Shown piece by piece: positions 40,920 through 53,265 of a DNA stretch of 64,000 nt (positions within the stretch are counted from its first letter, which is position 1; each line of letters begins with the position of its first letter). The notes beneath the pieces were generated by a model. The model was given only the letters and a program-made list of their open reading frames with translations. It was not told where the DNA came from and made no database searches. This DNA comes from Octopus vulgaris (lineage: Eukaryota). Made by a program: the position numbers and the translations under genes. Location: positions 30,752,001 to 30,816,000 of the forward strand of contig OX597814.1 of assembly GCA_951406725.2 (NCBI GenBank), read 5' to 3'.

Positions 40920-41212
40920 ACGTAGGCGTGGCTGTATGGTAAAAAGCTTGCTTTGGAATCACATGGGTCCGGGTTCAGTTCTTCTGCGTGGTACCTTGGG
41001 CAAGTGTTTTCTGTTATAGCCTGGGTTAGCCCAAAGACTTGTGAGTGGATTTGGTTGAAGGAAACTGAAAGAAACCCATTGTATACGTACATATCTAACT
41101 GTCTGTCTTTGTGTCAGTATTTGTTCCCCATCACCGCTTGACAACAGGTGTTTGTGTATTTACGTCACCGTAACTTAGCGGTTCAGCAAAAAAAACTGGT
41201 AAAATAAGTAAA
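40920..41212 (+). mobile_element. Older SINE family A, 3'-truncated
   Basis: GTGGCTGTATGGTAAAAAGCTTGC..GGTTCAG..CCTTGGGCAAGTG..GTAACTTAGCGGTTC. Confidence 0.82.
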
Positions 41213-41739
41213 AGTATAATGAATAGAATAATTTACTGAAAGAACAACAATTTTTATAGACATATTAAAATGAATAGCAGCGACACCATGAGTCGAAAGA
41301 CGGGAAGATTGTAACGTGGTACTTGAGAATCAGAACAACAGAATACAACTGATATCATTAAGACACTACTAATACACAAAGTATTAAAGGGAACAACAAA
41401 TTTGTCCCTTGAAGAATAATAAAAAAAAAAGTGTGTATCTGAAATAGATACTACAAGATAAAATCTCTCAAAAGACGTATTTATATTGTTAAACCAAGTC
41501 CGAAAAACCGAAATAGAAACATAAAAATATAAAACAGAAAATATATTTTCGTACATAGAATTGCTAGGGTCTTCAGTCAGATTTTTCCCAAGCTGAGAAG
41601 AACGAGAATTCATGCACTTTCAACAAGTGGGAGGTGCTCATTCCCTACAGAAATGGCTGCAAGACAACATACATACATGCATACACACACATGCAAACAC
41701 ACACACATACACACACATGCATGCACACATACACACACA

Positions 41740-41966
41740 TGGGCGTTGTCTACTTCTTCTTCAGGGACTGACCACCTTTTGTACATACACCTTAGATCCA
41801 TCATGGCGTTTGATGTGGCTTTTTAAACAGATGTATTGAAAAGACACCCACATAGATCGCATATCTGATTTCGACAACCAAGAACTGCAGTTAAGTTCTG
41901 ATCCTTGTGGGTCTTAAAATGTCTTTTGAGGCCTCCATTAGATTTGCAGTGAAAAGTATGCACAGA
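41740..41966 (-). mobile_element. Fragment encoding two degenerate C2H2 zinc fingers, probably an RTE-clade LINE C-terminus and 3' end
   Basis: Minus strand: HCKSNGGLKRHFKTHKDQNLTAVLGCRNQICDLCGCLS/(frameshift)LKSHIKRH, then a short UTR and a (TG)n tail. Confidence 0.55.
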
Positions 41967-41974
41967 TTATATAT

Positions 41975-42700
41975 ATATATTCTGTATATCCGACTCCCAC
42001 TTCTTCTCTTCACTCCAATCCTCCTTCACTGTTCTCTTCACTCTTACCCACCTTCTCCATCCCCTCTCCCTTCATCGTCACCCCTCCCTCGTAACCCCGC
42101 CCCTAAACAATCCAACCCCACCTTCACTATCAATCCCATCCAACACCACCTCATCCCTTACACCCACTCCTACACACCCCACCCCTACTCCACCCCAAGC
42201 CCAACCCACCCCTCATTCTTACTTTCCTCACTCTCGCCTCCCCCATATCCCAACACCACCACAACACACACAACACCACATCACATCACACCACGCACAC
42301 ACTAGCACTGACTACCTCCCAGCACCCACACCATCACCCACACACCTACAAATGGACACACGCATACGTCAAGGTCACCAGCCCTCTTCCACACGCACAC
42401 ACATGCTCTCTTATACACACGCACGCGCACCTTCGTTTTGGGTTCACCACTACATTATTATCTCCCCTTCTTCTTAGCCCTCCTGTGTGACTCCTCTGCC
42501 CAGCATTCACCATGAAAAATCGCTAGCCAGTACACATTCTTTATTTTGTCTCCCTGTTTCTTTCTGTGTTCCTTTCTGTGGAAGAGCGTAGGCTTGAAAC
42601 ATTAAAGATTTTTTCCCTTCTCGAGCGTTAAACTAATACATCTGTTTGTTGTTTACACCACCTGTCTTCGTCTTTTGTTCTTCTGTGAATTCTCCCTATA
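41975..42700 (+). mobile_element. Penelope-like 3' fragment (C-rich region plus degenerate minimal hammerhead) between TA runs
   Basis: 42572-42607 reads CTTT-CTGTGGA-AGAGC-GTAG-GCTT-GAAAC-ATT-AAAG. The downstream sequence resembles the reverse complement of 32935-33060. Confidence 0.55.
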
Positions 42701-42720
42701 TATTATATATCTTGACCATA

Positions 42721-43214
42721 GGCGCAGTAGTGAGTGCGTGATAAGTAGCTTGCTTACCAACCACATGGTTCCGAGTTCAGGCCCACTAAGTGGCACCTTG
42801 GGCAAGTGTCTTCTACTATAGCCTCAGGCCGACCAAACCTTGTAAGAGGATTTAGTAGACAGAAACTGAAAGAAGCCCATCATATAAATATATATATACA
42901 CACACACATATATATATGTATATATATATATATATATGTATATTTATGTATATATATATATATGTATATTTATGTATATATATATATATTTATATTTGTA
43001 AATGTTTGTGTGTGTGTGTTTGTATCCCCACCATCTCTTGACAACAGATATTGGTGTGTTTACGTTCCCGTAACTTAGCGGTTCGGCAAAAGAGACCGAT
43101 AGAATAAGTACTATGCATACGAAAAATAAGTCCTGAAATCAATTTGTTCGACTAAAAGCGGTGCTCCTGGATGACCGCAGTCAAATGACTGAAACAGATA
43201 AAAGAACAAAAGAA
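42721..43214 (+). mobile_element. SINE family A, full length
   Basis: GGCGCAGTAGTGAGTGCGTGATAAGTAGC...GACTGAAACAGATAAAAGA. Confidence 0.9.
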
Positions 43215-43230
43215 TATATATATATATATA

Positions 43231-43631
43231 TAATATTATTAGTGATTTGAAGAAATGGAGTTGAACGAAGATTGAACAGAAATCGTTTTATTTCATTCTA
43301 CACGTGTTTCGAAAGGCACAATTTACCAAATTCCGATTGAATAATGAGACCATATTGTGTCTTTCTCTTCAGGAAGAAATAGGAAATCCGTTGGAAAAAA
43401 CAAAAACAGAACACGTGTAGAATGAAATAAAACGATTTCTGTTCAATCTTCGTTCAACTCCATTTCTTCAATTCACTAATAATATTAAAATTCAATTATC
43501 CGCACCAACGCACGGTTGCAACACCATATGGTTGTACCTCCAACCGTGCTGTCTTCTGCTGTGATTTTTGCTACCAAGGTATCGGTTAAACTTTTGATTA
43601 ATCTGCAACAAGATTATTCATCTTTCTATTT

Positions 43632-43635
<4 letters not shown>
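43231..43635 (-). mobile_element. Penelope-like insert with ~78-bp inverted repeat and a complete hammerhead ribozyme, in (TA)n
   Basis: 43231-43308 is the near-perfect reverse complement of 43409-43487. The HHR lies at 43289-43381 and (TA)n flanks both sides. Confidence 0.75.
43289..43381 (-). ncRNA. Type I hammerhead ribozyme with all core nucleotides present
   Basis: Minus strand: TATTTCTTC-CTGAAGA-GAAAGACACAAT...ATTGTGCCTTTC-GAAAC-ACGT-GTA^GAATGAAATA. Stem I is 9 bp with one bulge, stem II is 11/12 bp with the G10.1-C11.1 pair, and stem III is palindromic. Predicted cleavage is between 43299 and 43298. Confidence 0.8.
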
Positions 43636-43684
<49 letters not shown>

Positions 43685-43839
43685 CAGGACCCTCTTAATA
43701 TTTACCCCATCTTTGCAAATTAATAACGTTGTGCACAGTCTATAGAACAAAGGACTTGTTCACTCGAGAAATTTCTTTGTCTTCTAAGGTACATGCACAG
43801 TTTCTGTAGAGACGAATCTGCTGGAAACTGACGGAATAC

Positions 43840-44345
43840 ATACCTACCTACCTACCTACCTACCTACCTACCTACCTACCTACCTACCTACCTACCTACC
43901 TACCTACCTACCTACCTACCTACCTACCTACCTACTTACATTCCTGCCTACCTACCTATATACATACCTACCTACCTACCTACCTACCTACCTACCTACC
44001 TACCCACATACCTACCTACCTACCTACCTACCTACCTACCTACCTACCTACCCACATACCTACCTACCTACCTACCTACCTACCTACCTACCTACCTACC
44101 TACCTACCTACCTACCTACCTACCTACATACCTACCTACCTACCTACCTACCTACCTACCTACCTACTTACCTACCTACCTACCTACCTACCTACATACC
44201 TACCTACCTACCTACCTACCTACCTACCTACCTACCTACCTACCTACCTACCTACCTACCTACCTACCTACCTACCTACCTACCTACCTACCTACCTACC
44301 TACCTACCTACATACATACCTACCTACCTCCCTACCTACCTACAT
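43840..44345. repeat. (TACC)n/(GGTA)n tetranucleotide array, ~500 bp
   Basis: Seen directly. Confidence 0.97.
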
Positions 44346-44482
44346 ACATACATACATATATACATACCTATTTAACTACCTACTTACCTGCATGCGTACA
44401 TACACACACACACATATATATACACACACATTTACACACACACACACATATATGGATACACACATATATATACGTAGGGTCA

Positions 44483-44630
44483 AGCGTGGCTGTGTGGAAA
44501 GTAGCTTGTTTCCCAGCCACATGGTACTGGGTTCAATCCCATTGCATGCCACCATCTTCTATAGCCTCGAGCCGAACAAAGCTTTGGGAGTGGATGATTG
44601 AGATTGAAACTGAGAGAAGTCTGTCGTATA
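44483..44630 (+). mobile_element. SINE family A, 5' half
   Basis: GTGGCTGTGTGGAAAGTAGCTTG..GGTTCAATCCC..CTTCTATAGCCTCG. Confidence 0.75.
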
Positions 44631-44683
<53 letters not shown>

Positions 44684-45270
44684 ACAAACACACACACATA
44701 TACATGAGAGAGGATGAGAAAGAAAGAAAGAAAGACAGACAGAGAAATAGATAGATACAAGGAGAAAGAGTGAAAGAGAGAGTTTCTTATTTCTTCATCA
44801 GGTTAGTTCCTAACAAGTGGTTTGCTTCAAACCCTTTCGTAATTCCCACCAAAAGAATTGCAGACAGAAGCTGTATTATCAACACGGTTCAATAATTATT
44901 ACACGTTAATAAATCTTATATTTTCATAGGCTGCAGCATACTATATAAGTGGTACCTTGCAGTAAAAACAAATTTATTGCTTTATAATTCCAGTAGTTGA
45001 AACTTCTTAAAAAAAATATTGTAATTAAAAAACTAAACAATATATACTTCCTTATCAAAATTTAAATTAGCATAAATTATTCCATAATTAAATGAACGCC
45101 GTCAGTTTTAGCAGGTACTATGCTGTTACACACACACACACACACACAAAGCTTATATGGAAATATATATATAATGTATATGCATGTATAAATACACATA
45201 CACATATCTATCTATATAAATATATGCGTATATTTTTTGAAATGTATGATTGTGTGTGAAATGCATGTTG

Positions 45271-45337
<67 letters not shown>

Positions 45338-45378
45338 GTATATATATGTATGTATATATATATATATGGATATATATA

Positions 45379-45414
<36 letters not shown>

Positions 45415-46501
45415 TATATATATTTATATATATATGGAAATATGTAAGTACGCCTGGCTAGATGGATGGATGTGTCTATGTCTATATATTTTGTTTGGTT
45501 GTAGAATATCAAAAACAAAAAAAAAAAACAGAATGTAAGAAACGAGCGAGAGAAAGTAAATTACAAAGAAACAAGCTGAGAGCGACAATGTGGTCGGAGG
45601 GGAAAAAAAAAATGTTTTTGCAACACGAGAAGTGTGCATATATGTGTGTGTGTGTGTGTGTGTATATGTGCGAGAGCAAATGAGAGAAAGAAACACACAA
45701 AAAAAAAATAAATAAATAAAATAAAAGGTAGGTGAGAAAGAAATGAAAGAAAAGGAAGGCAAGAGGGTGAGAAAATGAAAAAGAGTGACAGAAATAGAGA
45801 TATATGTAAAGAAGAAGAAAAAAAAAGAGAAAAGAAAAAGATTTTTCTTTTCAACGCTTCTTACCGCCGGCAAACTAGCTAATTTCCCAATACGCATCTG
45901 CCAACTCAGAAGTAATATCCCATGTCTAGGGGATATTACTTTATTTTTTTCTTCTTCTACGGATGTTGTTATAATAACTTGCTCAATATGAATAAAAGAG
46001 GCGTCTGTGAACTATCCAGTTTTCACCTCCTTCTGCATCTCATTTCCTCCTCTTCTCCCTCCTTCTCCTTTCTCCTCCTCCTCCTCCTCCTCTTCCATTC
46101 TTCTTCTTCTTCTTCATCTTCCTCTTCTTCTTCTTCTACTTCTCCTTCATTTTCTTCTTCACCTTCTTCTTCTTCTTCTTCTTCTTCTTCTTCTTCTTCT
46201 TCTTCTTCTTCTTCTTCTTCTTCTTCTTCTTCTTCTTCGTCTCCGTCTCCAACTCCTCTACCTTCCCTTTCCCATAGTTAACTTATTCTCTCTTTCACGA
46301 TTTTATGATTTCATCACCACAGCAACCACTTTTTTTCTTCTCTTCCTGATTTACATACCTCTATGTACATATATTCTATGTGTATGAATACATATGCAAA
46401 GACATACAGCGGCTCACATACACACATACACTGACGTATCTACTGACACTGAAATATGCATACCTATACATATATTTGTGTGTGCAGCATATATAAATAT
46501 A

Positions 46502-46560
<59 letters not shown>

Positions 46561-46612
46561 ACACATATATACACAAATAGCTGTGTTGTATTTATATATA
46601 TATATATATATT

Positions 46613-46675
<63 letters not shown>

Positions 46676-46799
46676 ACACATGCACACATATGTCTGTGGT
46701 GTGTGTATATATATATATATATATATGTGTATGTGCGTACGTGTGTGTGTGTGTATGTGTGTATAAGTGTACATAAACACATTCACGTCGTATACAAAA

Positions 46800-46852
<53 letters not shown>

Positions 46853-47017
46853 CTTCCCACAAAATAATCATAACACAAAATACACACAGAGAAACATACA
46901 AACATACACACACATACACTCATATCAATATAAAACTGTATGATTAGGCAGTTGCGATACATTCTCTATCCCTATCTCTCTCACTTACCCACCAGTATGC
47001 ACGTAAAAAAGTATACA

Positions 47018-47068
<51 letters not shown>

Positions 47069-48150
47069 GCAAACTCATACACACACATATATCTATATAA
47101 ACGTTTTTGTATATACATGCATATTCATAAATTCATCCAGAAATATATATTTATATATCCCTGCACCACACCCTTTTCCTCCCTCTCTCTCTTTTTTTTC
47201 TCTCTCTCTTCCTCTCTCTCCCTCTCTTCCCCTCACTTCTTTCCATCTCAGTATTTCACCGAACCACTCTTTTATCTCACTCTACATCCCTCCAATCTCT
47301 TTACAATTACCCTTCCTCTCCTTTACTCTCCACTCCCTGCCTACACATTGCAACTATTTACATTGTGTAATGTTTCTGTAGGTTTGTTTTCAATAATTCC
47401 CATTAGTCGACAATCTACTGACTTTATTCACTCATCTTTTCCGGATGCCTGTAAAGTAGAAGTTTATTTTCTGATTTGGTGCCATATCAGACCACTAATG
47501 TCTCAAAGTCTTTTATTCATTTTTCTTCTTTTCATTCTTCGTTCTTTCAAAAAATGTTTTTTTCTGGCTCTGACGCTTTTGTCTTCTTTTCAAATCTCCA
47601 CATTCTGTTTGTTTATCAGAAATTTCTTCTTTGTGTTATCCAGATTATTATTATGGAGGGTTGGCGGAATCGTTAAATCGCTGGACGAAATACCATGCAG
47701 TATTTGTATTGGTGTGTTTTGAATTCAAATCCTGCCGAAATCAAGTTTTCTTTAAGTTCCCTGGAATTCATAAAACGAAGATCAGATCAATTTAATGTAC
47801 TATCAATCTGTGTCAACATACAGTGGGCAAACATATGGTCAGCTGGTGGGTTGGGACTACAGGTGACATAATAACGTGGGTACATTGCTATCCCATGTAA
47901 TCTCGACACATCACACACGCACACACGCACACACACGCACACACACAAACACACACAAACGCACACACACATACACACACACACACACACAACCACACAC
48001 ACACACACACACACATCGTATCAGCCACTCATATACGATCTTCCTTTCTTTAAAAATTAGACGCTAATATAAAAGAATAGCTTATAGCGAATATTGCTAT
48101 TGTTGTTTTGCTTTCTTGTTGTTTAGCTCTCCACCATAGTAGCCATGGTG

Positions 48151-48479
48151 TGAAGGCGCGTGGCTTAGTGGTTAGGGAATTCGCCTCTCGATCGTAAGGT
48201 CGTGAGTTCGATTCCCGGCGACGCGTTGTGTCCTTGAGCAAGACACTTTATTTCACGTTGCTCCAGTCCGCTCAGCTGGTAAAAAATGAGTTGTACCTGT
48301 ATTTCAAAGGGCCGACTTTGTCATACTCTGTGTCAGGCTGATTCTCCCTGAGAACTACGTTAGGGGTACGCGTGTTTGTGGGTTGCTCAGTCACTTGCAC
48401 ATTAATTTCACGAGCAGGCTGTTCCATTCTTCGTATCAGCTGGGACCCTCGTCGTCGTAATCGACGGAGTGCTCCTTAT
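48151..48479 (+). mobile_element. SINE group C (head-2 plus tail-X) with 15-bp TSD
   Basis: A box TGGCTTAGTGG and B box GAGTTCGATTCCC. TSD ATAGTAGCCATGGTG at 48136-48150 and 48480-48494. Confidence 0.93.
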
Positions 48480-49029
48480 ATAGTAGCCATGGTGGAGCAG
48501 ACGTATGATGAAAAGGCATTTCAGCCGTAACCGTCGACACTGGCGGGAATGCTGAAGGAAGGTAGCCTCAAATTGGAGAGCTGGTCCCAATGCTTCCAAC
48601 AGGCCTCTCATCCATGTAGGTCCTAGCGGGATTTAAAATCAGGATGCAAAGTGTTGGATCAATTACTGCAAAATATCCAACTATATAAATATTCATTTTT
48701 ATAGTTCCACCATTCGATATCCCAGGGCTGGAAGGTGTATTTTTTATCGACTTCGAAATCATGAAATGCAAAAGTGAGCAGGGCACAGGAAGTTGGAACA
48801 AATGCAAAGAGGTATTAATAACCCAACATGTTAAATGTTCAAATGCCTAATATCAGGGGACAGGACTTTGGTGAACCATAGTGTTGCAATGCTGGCTTCG
48901 TAAAATGATTTTTAATGATCCATACACACGATAGCCAGGTTCACTAATTCAACCTTATTCATGTTATTAAACAAATATTTCGTACAGTCCCATTTCTTAA
49001 TTTCCCTCTAGCTAGTATTATAATTTTCT

Positions 49030-49700
49030 TATTCTCTTATGCGTTTCAGGCAAAGGATGTGGCCATACTGTGACACCGTCATTGTAGCTAATTTTTCAAT
49101 AACCATTCTTATGCGATTGGCTCTTGGTGAAAGAGCGAGTTCGACATTGCTATCCTCTTTTTTAGTTTTTCGTTGTGATGTCGGTTCCTCTGGGATCCTG
49201 GACAGCAGGAGGTCAAATTTTGTCCTTGAAAACATCTACACCTACTCCATGTAGATTCCTCAGATATTTTGGCAAGATATTAAGTACTTATGGGCTGTCA
49301 GTAACATCGCAATGGTCCTACAAAATTAAGATGAAACTTCAGCATTGATCTTACACAGAACGTTTGTCATTGATTGTTTTACGAAAATCCTCTTAGTGTT
49401 TTCGATTTCTTTATCCTAACTCAATGGATGAGACTTTGCAAAAGTTCCGTTGACAGTGTTTATATACAACGAAATTAAATTCTTTCGATACAACTCAAAA
49501 TTACCAATATCTTGTTTCAAGATCTGATCTCAGGGATTTTGGATTTCCAATACCACAACACTTGAATTGCTTCTATTTTATATGGTTCGGGCGTTTTGAT
49601 TTAGTTACTAAAACTAGTTCACTCATTGAATAAACATATTGGCTGCCTTCTCCCATATATTCTTTCATTAGTTTTGTAACTGTTTTTATTGTAGCCTTAA
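49030..49700 (-). mobile_element. CR1/L2-group LINE 3' fragment
   Basis: Minus strand LNILPKYLRNLHGVGVDVF/KFDLLLSRIPEEPTSQ, similar in type to 33295-34210. Confidence 0.65.
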
Positions 49701-49760
49701 TTTTGACTGAAATGTTGGGTGTTTATACACGCACATGCACAAACAAACTTACATTTATAT

Positions 49761-50025
49761 ATATAAAAATAAAATAAATGCGTACTTTTAAAGCCTAGCC
49801 AGGCTCATGGGCCCTGTTTTCTGATTTCAATGGCTTATGTGTTCCTCAACTGGACGGGACGCCTGTCCATCACAGCATTACTCATTTTGTCAGCTGAGTG
49901 GACTGGAGCAACGTTCAATGAAGTGTTTTGCTCAAGAAATCAACGCGTCGCTCGGTCCAGGAATTGAAACCACAATCTTACGATCATGATGCTGACACCC
50001 TAACCACTAAGCAACGCGCTTCCAC
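49761..50025 (-). mobile_element. SINE group C (head-2 plus tail-Y)
   Basis: Head as at 48151. Tail GTGATGGACAGGCGTCCCGTCCAG..GGGCCCATGAGCCTGGCTAGGCTT. Possible TSD CATTTATAT at 49752 and 50026. Confidence 0.85.
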
Positions 50026-50450
50026 CATTTATATGTATATGTGCGTAATTATTAGTGAAGCTAGTATTTGTAGGATTGCTTCTGTTTTCTGTCTTAGATT
50101 GGTCTAATATCACTTTGAACACACACATACACATACACAAACACGCACACACATACACGAGCGCAGGCGCACACACATACACGAGCGCAGGCGCACACAC
50201 ACACGTACTAGAGCACACATACGCAAACATCTCACCAAACTTATTTAGAATGTGTCATTTCAGACGGTTGTCAAGCGAAGAAGAATAAAAATAAAAATAA
50301 TTGTTCGTTTTGATTCTTAGCGAATAGAATGGTAGCATCATTTGAATAAAATAATTGAATCGTTGCAAACTCTAACTAAAACCTTTTCTGGGAACCCGCA
50401 GTTTAGAGGCTCCATCAACAAGTAGCAGACGGTTAGAATTTCAATACTTT

Positions 50451-50670
50451 AAGGCGGTGAGCTGGCAGAAACGTTAGCACGCCGGGCGAAATGCGTAGCC
50501 GTATTTCGTCTGCCGTTACGTTCTGAGTTCAAATTCCGCCGAGGTCGACTTTGCTTTCTATCCTTTCGGGATCGATCAATTAAGTACCAGTTATGCACTG
50601 GGGGTCAATGTAATCGACTTAATCCTTGTTTGTTCCCTCTGTGTAGCCCCTTGTGGGCAGTAAAGAAATA
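50451..50670 (+). mobile_element. SINE family B monomer with 17-bp TSD
   Basis: TSD GGTTAGAATTTCAATAC at 50431-50447 and 50671-50687. Confidence 0.95.
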
Positions 50671-50784
50671 GGTTAGAATTTCAATACCTTTCTCAAAGAT
50701 ATTCGCCAAATATGTACAATAAAGGGACAATAACGAAAGAATAAAGTTTTTTTCTTCCAGTAAATGAACAAATTATACTGGTCT

Positions 50785-51050
50785 AATGCTTAGGTCGTGG
50801 GTTCGATTCTCGAACAGCGTGACACATTGTATCATTGAGCATTTCATTTCACATTGTTACAGTCCACTCAGCTAAAAGGAGTACCGAGAGAAGGTATGTG
50901 TCTATGTGCGAGCGTGTGTGTGTGTGTGTGTGTGTATGTACATGTAGGAGCACGCATGTGTATTTAAGGGTTAACCTTACAACGGACTGACGTCCCGTTC
51001 AGCGAAGTTTTCTGTACTCTTTGTCTCTTAAACGACACAGAAACCAGGAT
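50785..51050 (+). mobile_element. Old SINE group C copy (head-2 plus Y-like tail) with inserted (TG)n
   Basis: GGTCGTGGGTTCGATTC..CAGTCCACTCAGCT..ACGGACTGACGTCCCGTTCAG. Confidence 0.55.
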
Positions 51051-51124
51051 TATATATTAAGTTCGCTTACAGTTGAGATTCACTATGCATCTTAACATAT
51101 TTTTCTTTTCTTCATCCTTTTATG

Positions 51125-51420
51125 AATTTCTTCATTTCATTGATTGGACTGCATTCATGCTGGGTACCGTCATGAAGAGTTTAGTCGAAAAAACTGATCC
51201 CCAGTACGTATTCCTTACTATAGAATAAACTTAGTATTTATTCTATTGACCATTTTTACTGAAACGATATGTTAGGAGAACATAAACAAAGCAACACCGA
51301 ATGTTAAGTGGTGTTGGGTTAAACCCACACACGAAACGATATATTAGGAGAACGTAAACAAAGCAACACCGAATGTTAAGTGGTGTTGGGTTAAACCCAC
51401 ACACGTACACACACATACAT
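51125..51420 (-). mobile_element. Old SINE family A 3' half with an internal 72-bp tandem duplication
   Basis: 51261-51332 is repeated at 51333-51404. Confidence 0.6.
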
Positions 51421-52351
51421 ACGCATAAAGGGTGGGCCAAATATCATGTGCAAAATAATTTCAATATGTTCGGGAAGTGTCATAGACATTCTTCAATTTT
51501 TCTAAAATTGAATAAAATAAATAAAATATGATCACACGCGTACTTGTACACGATGAGAAAAATGAATAATGATGATAATCTACTATAATAACACTCTTGT
51601 GTTTTTCTCCGCCACAACATATAAATGAGAAAGGAAGGGATGATAAAGGAACAAGAAAGGAAGGGGTGATGGCAAATTGTAGTGGGAGCGTTTCGACTCT
51701 GTATGTGTATGTAAAAGTGAGGTATGTGTGTGTGTGCGTATATGTGTGTGTGTGTGTTTGTGAGTGTGTGCGTGTGTGAGTGTGAGTGTGTGTGTGTGTG
51801 AGCGTGTGTGTGTGTGTGTGTGTGTGCAATGGAATTGAGATGGTGAACATTCAACGCTGAAAATCAAACAGCTTTTCAACTCTGTGTGAGTATATGTATG
51901 TGTGCGCGTGTACAAGGGAAGTATGTGAACATTTGTATGTGTGAACCAGCGTTCTTTCAATAATCAACGATGTTCACTGTCACATCTCAAAAGACAACCA
52001 CTCGATAACATTGACAAGTGTATTGATTTAATTTACCATCCATATTTATAGATAAAACACTATAGTTAGTCGTCATTTTTGACGGCACGGGGCCAGCTAG
52101 TCTATATAATAATCTGCTTGTTCGTTCGCAGGGGTATGAGTAAATAAAAGAAGAGCGGAAGAAGTAGAGAAAGATGATTGATATTAATGCACTTAAGCCA
52201 AATGGTCACGTGGTCAGCTGAAGTTAGAGGCGAAGAACGAGAGAAAAAGAGGGAGAGAGAAGTGTTAACGGGAAGGAATACTTATTACGTAGTTAGAAGT
52301 TAGCTGAAATGAAAGGTAGATAGAAAGGGGGACAGGGGAGGCAATTATATT

Positions 52352-52382
<31 letters not shown>

Positions 52383-52849
52383 AGAAAGCGGAAAAGAGAA
52401 AGAGTAAGAAGTAGATAGCGGTGGTGGTGGCGTGTTGATATTGAAGAGTATGTTTTTTTATTGAACTAATTTTTTATAGCGACCGCATACGCATAAGTGC
52501 AAATATTTATCGCCTGCACACTTAAAAAAAAATTTATATTTGTTTAAAAGGGTTAATTTAGCCTCAACTCTGGATTCACAAGAAACACTGTTTCGAGCAA
52601 GCTGCTCGAAAAAGGATGCTCAGATATTGAGCACCGATCAGAGAGGAACAGTGAGAAGACAATAGACAGAAAATGGACAACATCGACAGAGACGTGAGGA
52701 AATGAATGTTGACAAACGTCAAGAATATTTAAAGAAAGCTAAATTATGAGTGCTATAAAAATGCAAATCATCTTTTCTTTCTTAAATAGGTCCTCTTAAT
52801 TTTTCCCGCTCCCTGGAATTTCCACAGGTCCTACTAGTAATAACTTAAT

Positions 52850-53265
52850 ACTCTTTACTCTTTTTTACTCTTTTACTTGTTTCAGTCATTTGACAGCGGC
52901 TATGCTGGAGCACCGCCTTTTAGTCGAGCAAATCGATCCCAGGACTTATTCTTTGTAAGCCTAGTACTTATTCTATCGGTCTCTTTTGCCGGACCGCTAA
53001 GTTATGGGGACGTAAACACACTAGCATAGGTTGTCAAGCGATGTTGTGGGGGGGGGGAACAAACACAGACACACACACACACACAAATATATATACATAT
53101 ATACGACGGGCTTATTTTCATTTTCCGTCTACCAAATCCACTCACAAGGCTTTGGTCAACCCGAGGCTATAGTAGAAGACACTTGCTCAAGGTGCTACGC
53201 CGTGGGACTGAACCAGGAAACAAGTGGTTGGTAAGCAAGCTACTTACCCTAGCCACTCCTGTGCC
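52850..53265 (-). mobile_element. SINE family A, full length
   Basis: Complete reverse complement, from the TACTCTTT tail to the AGCCACTCCTGTGCC head. Confidence 0.93.

Noticed and set aside
46940-47722. 260-aa hydrophobic ORF
   Set aside because: It is built from (TA)n, CT-rich tracts and an old SINE fragment.
52075-52105. Possible Helitron 3' end (GACGGCACGGGGCCAGCTAGT)
   Set aside because: The hairpin is weak and I could not identify a matching 5' TC terminus.
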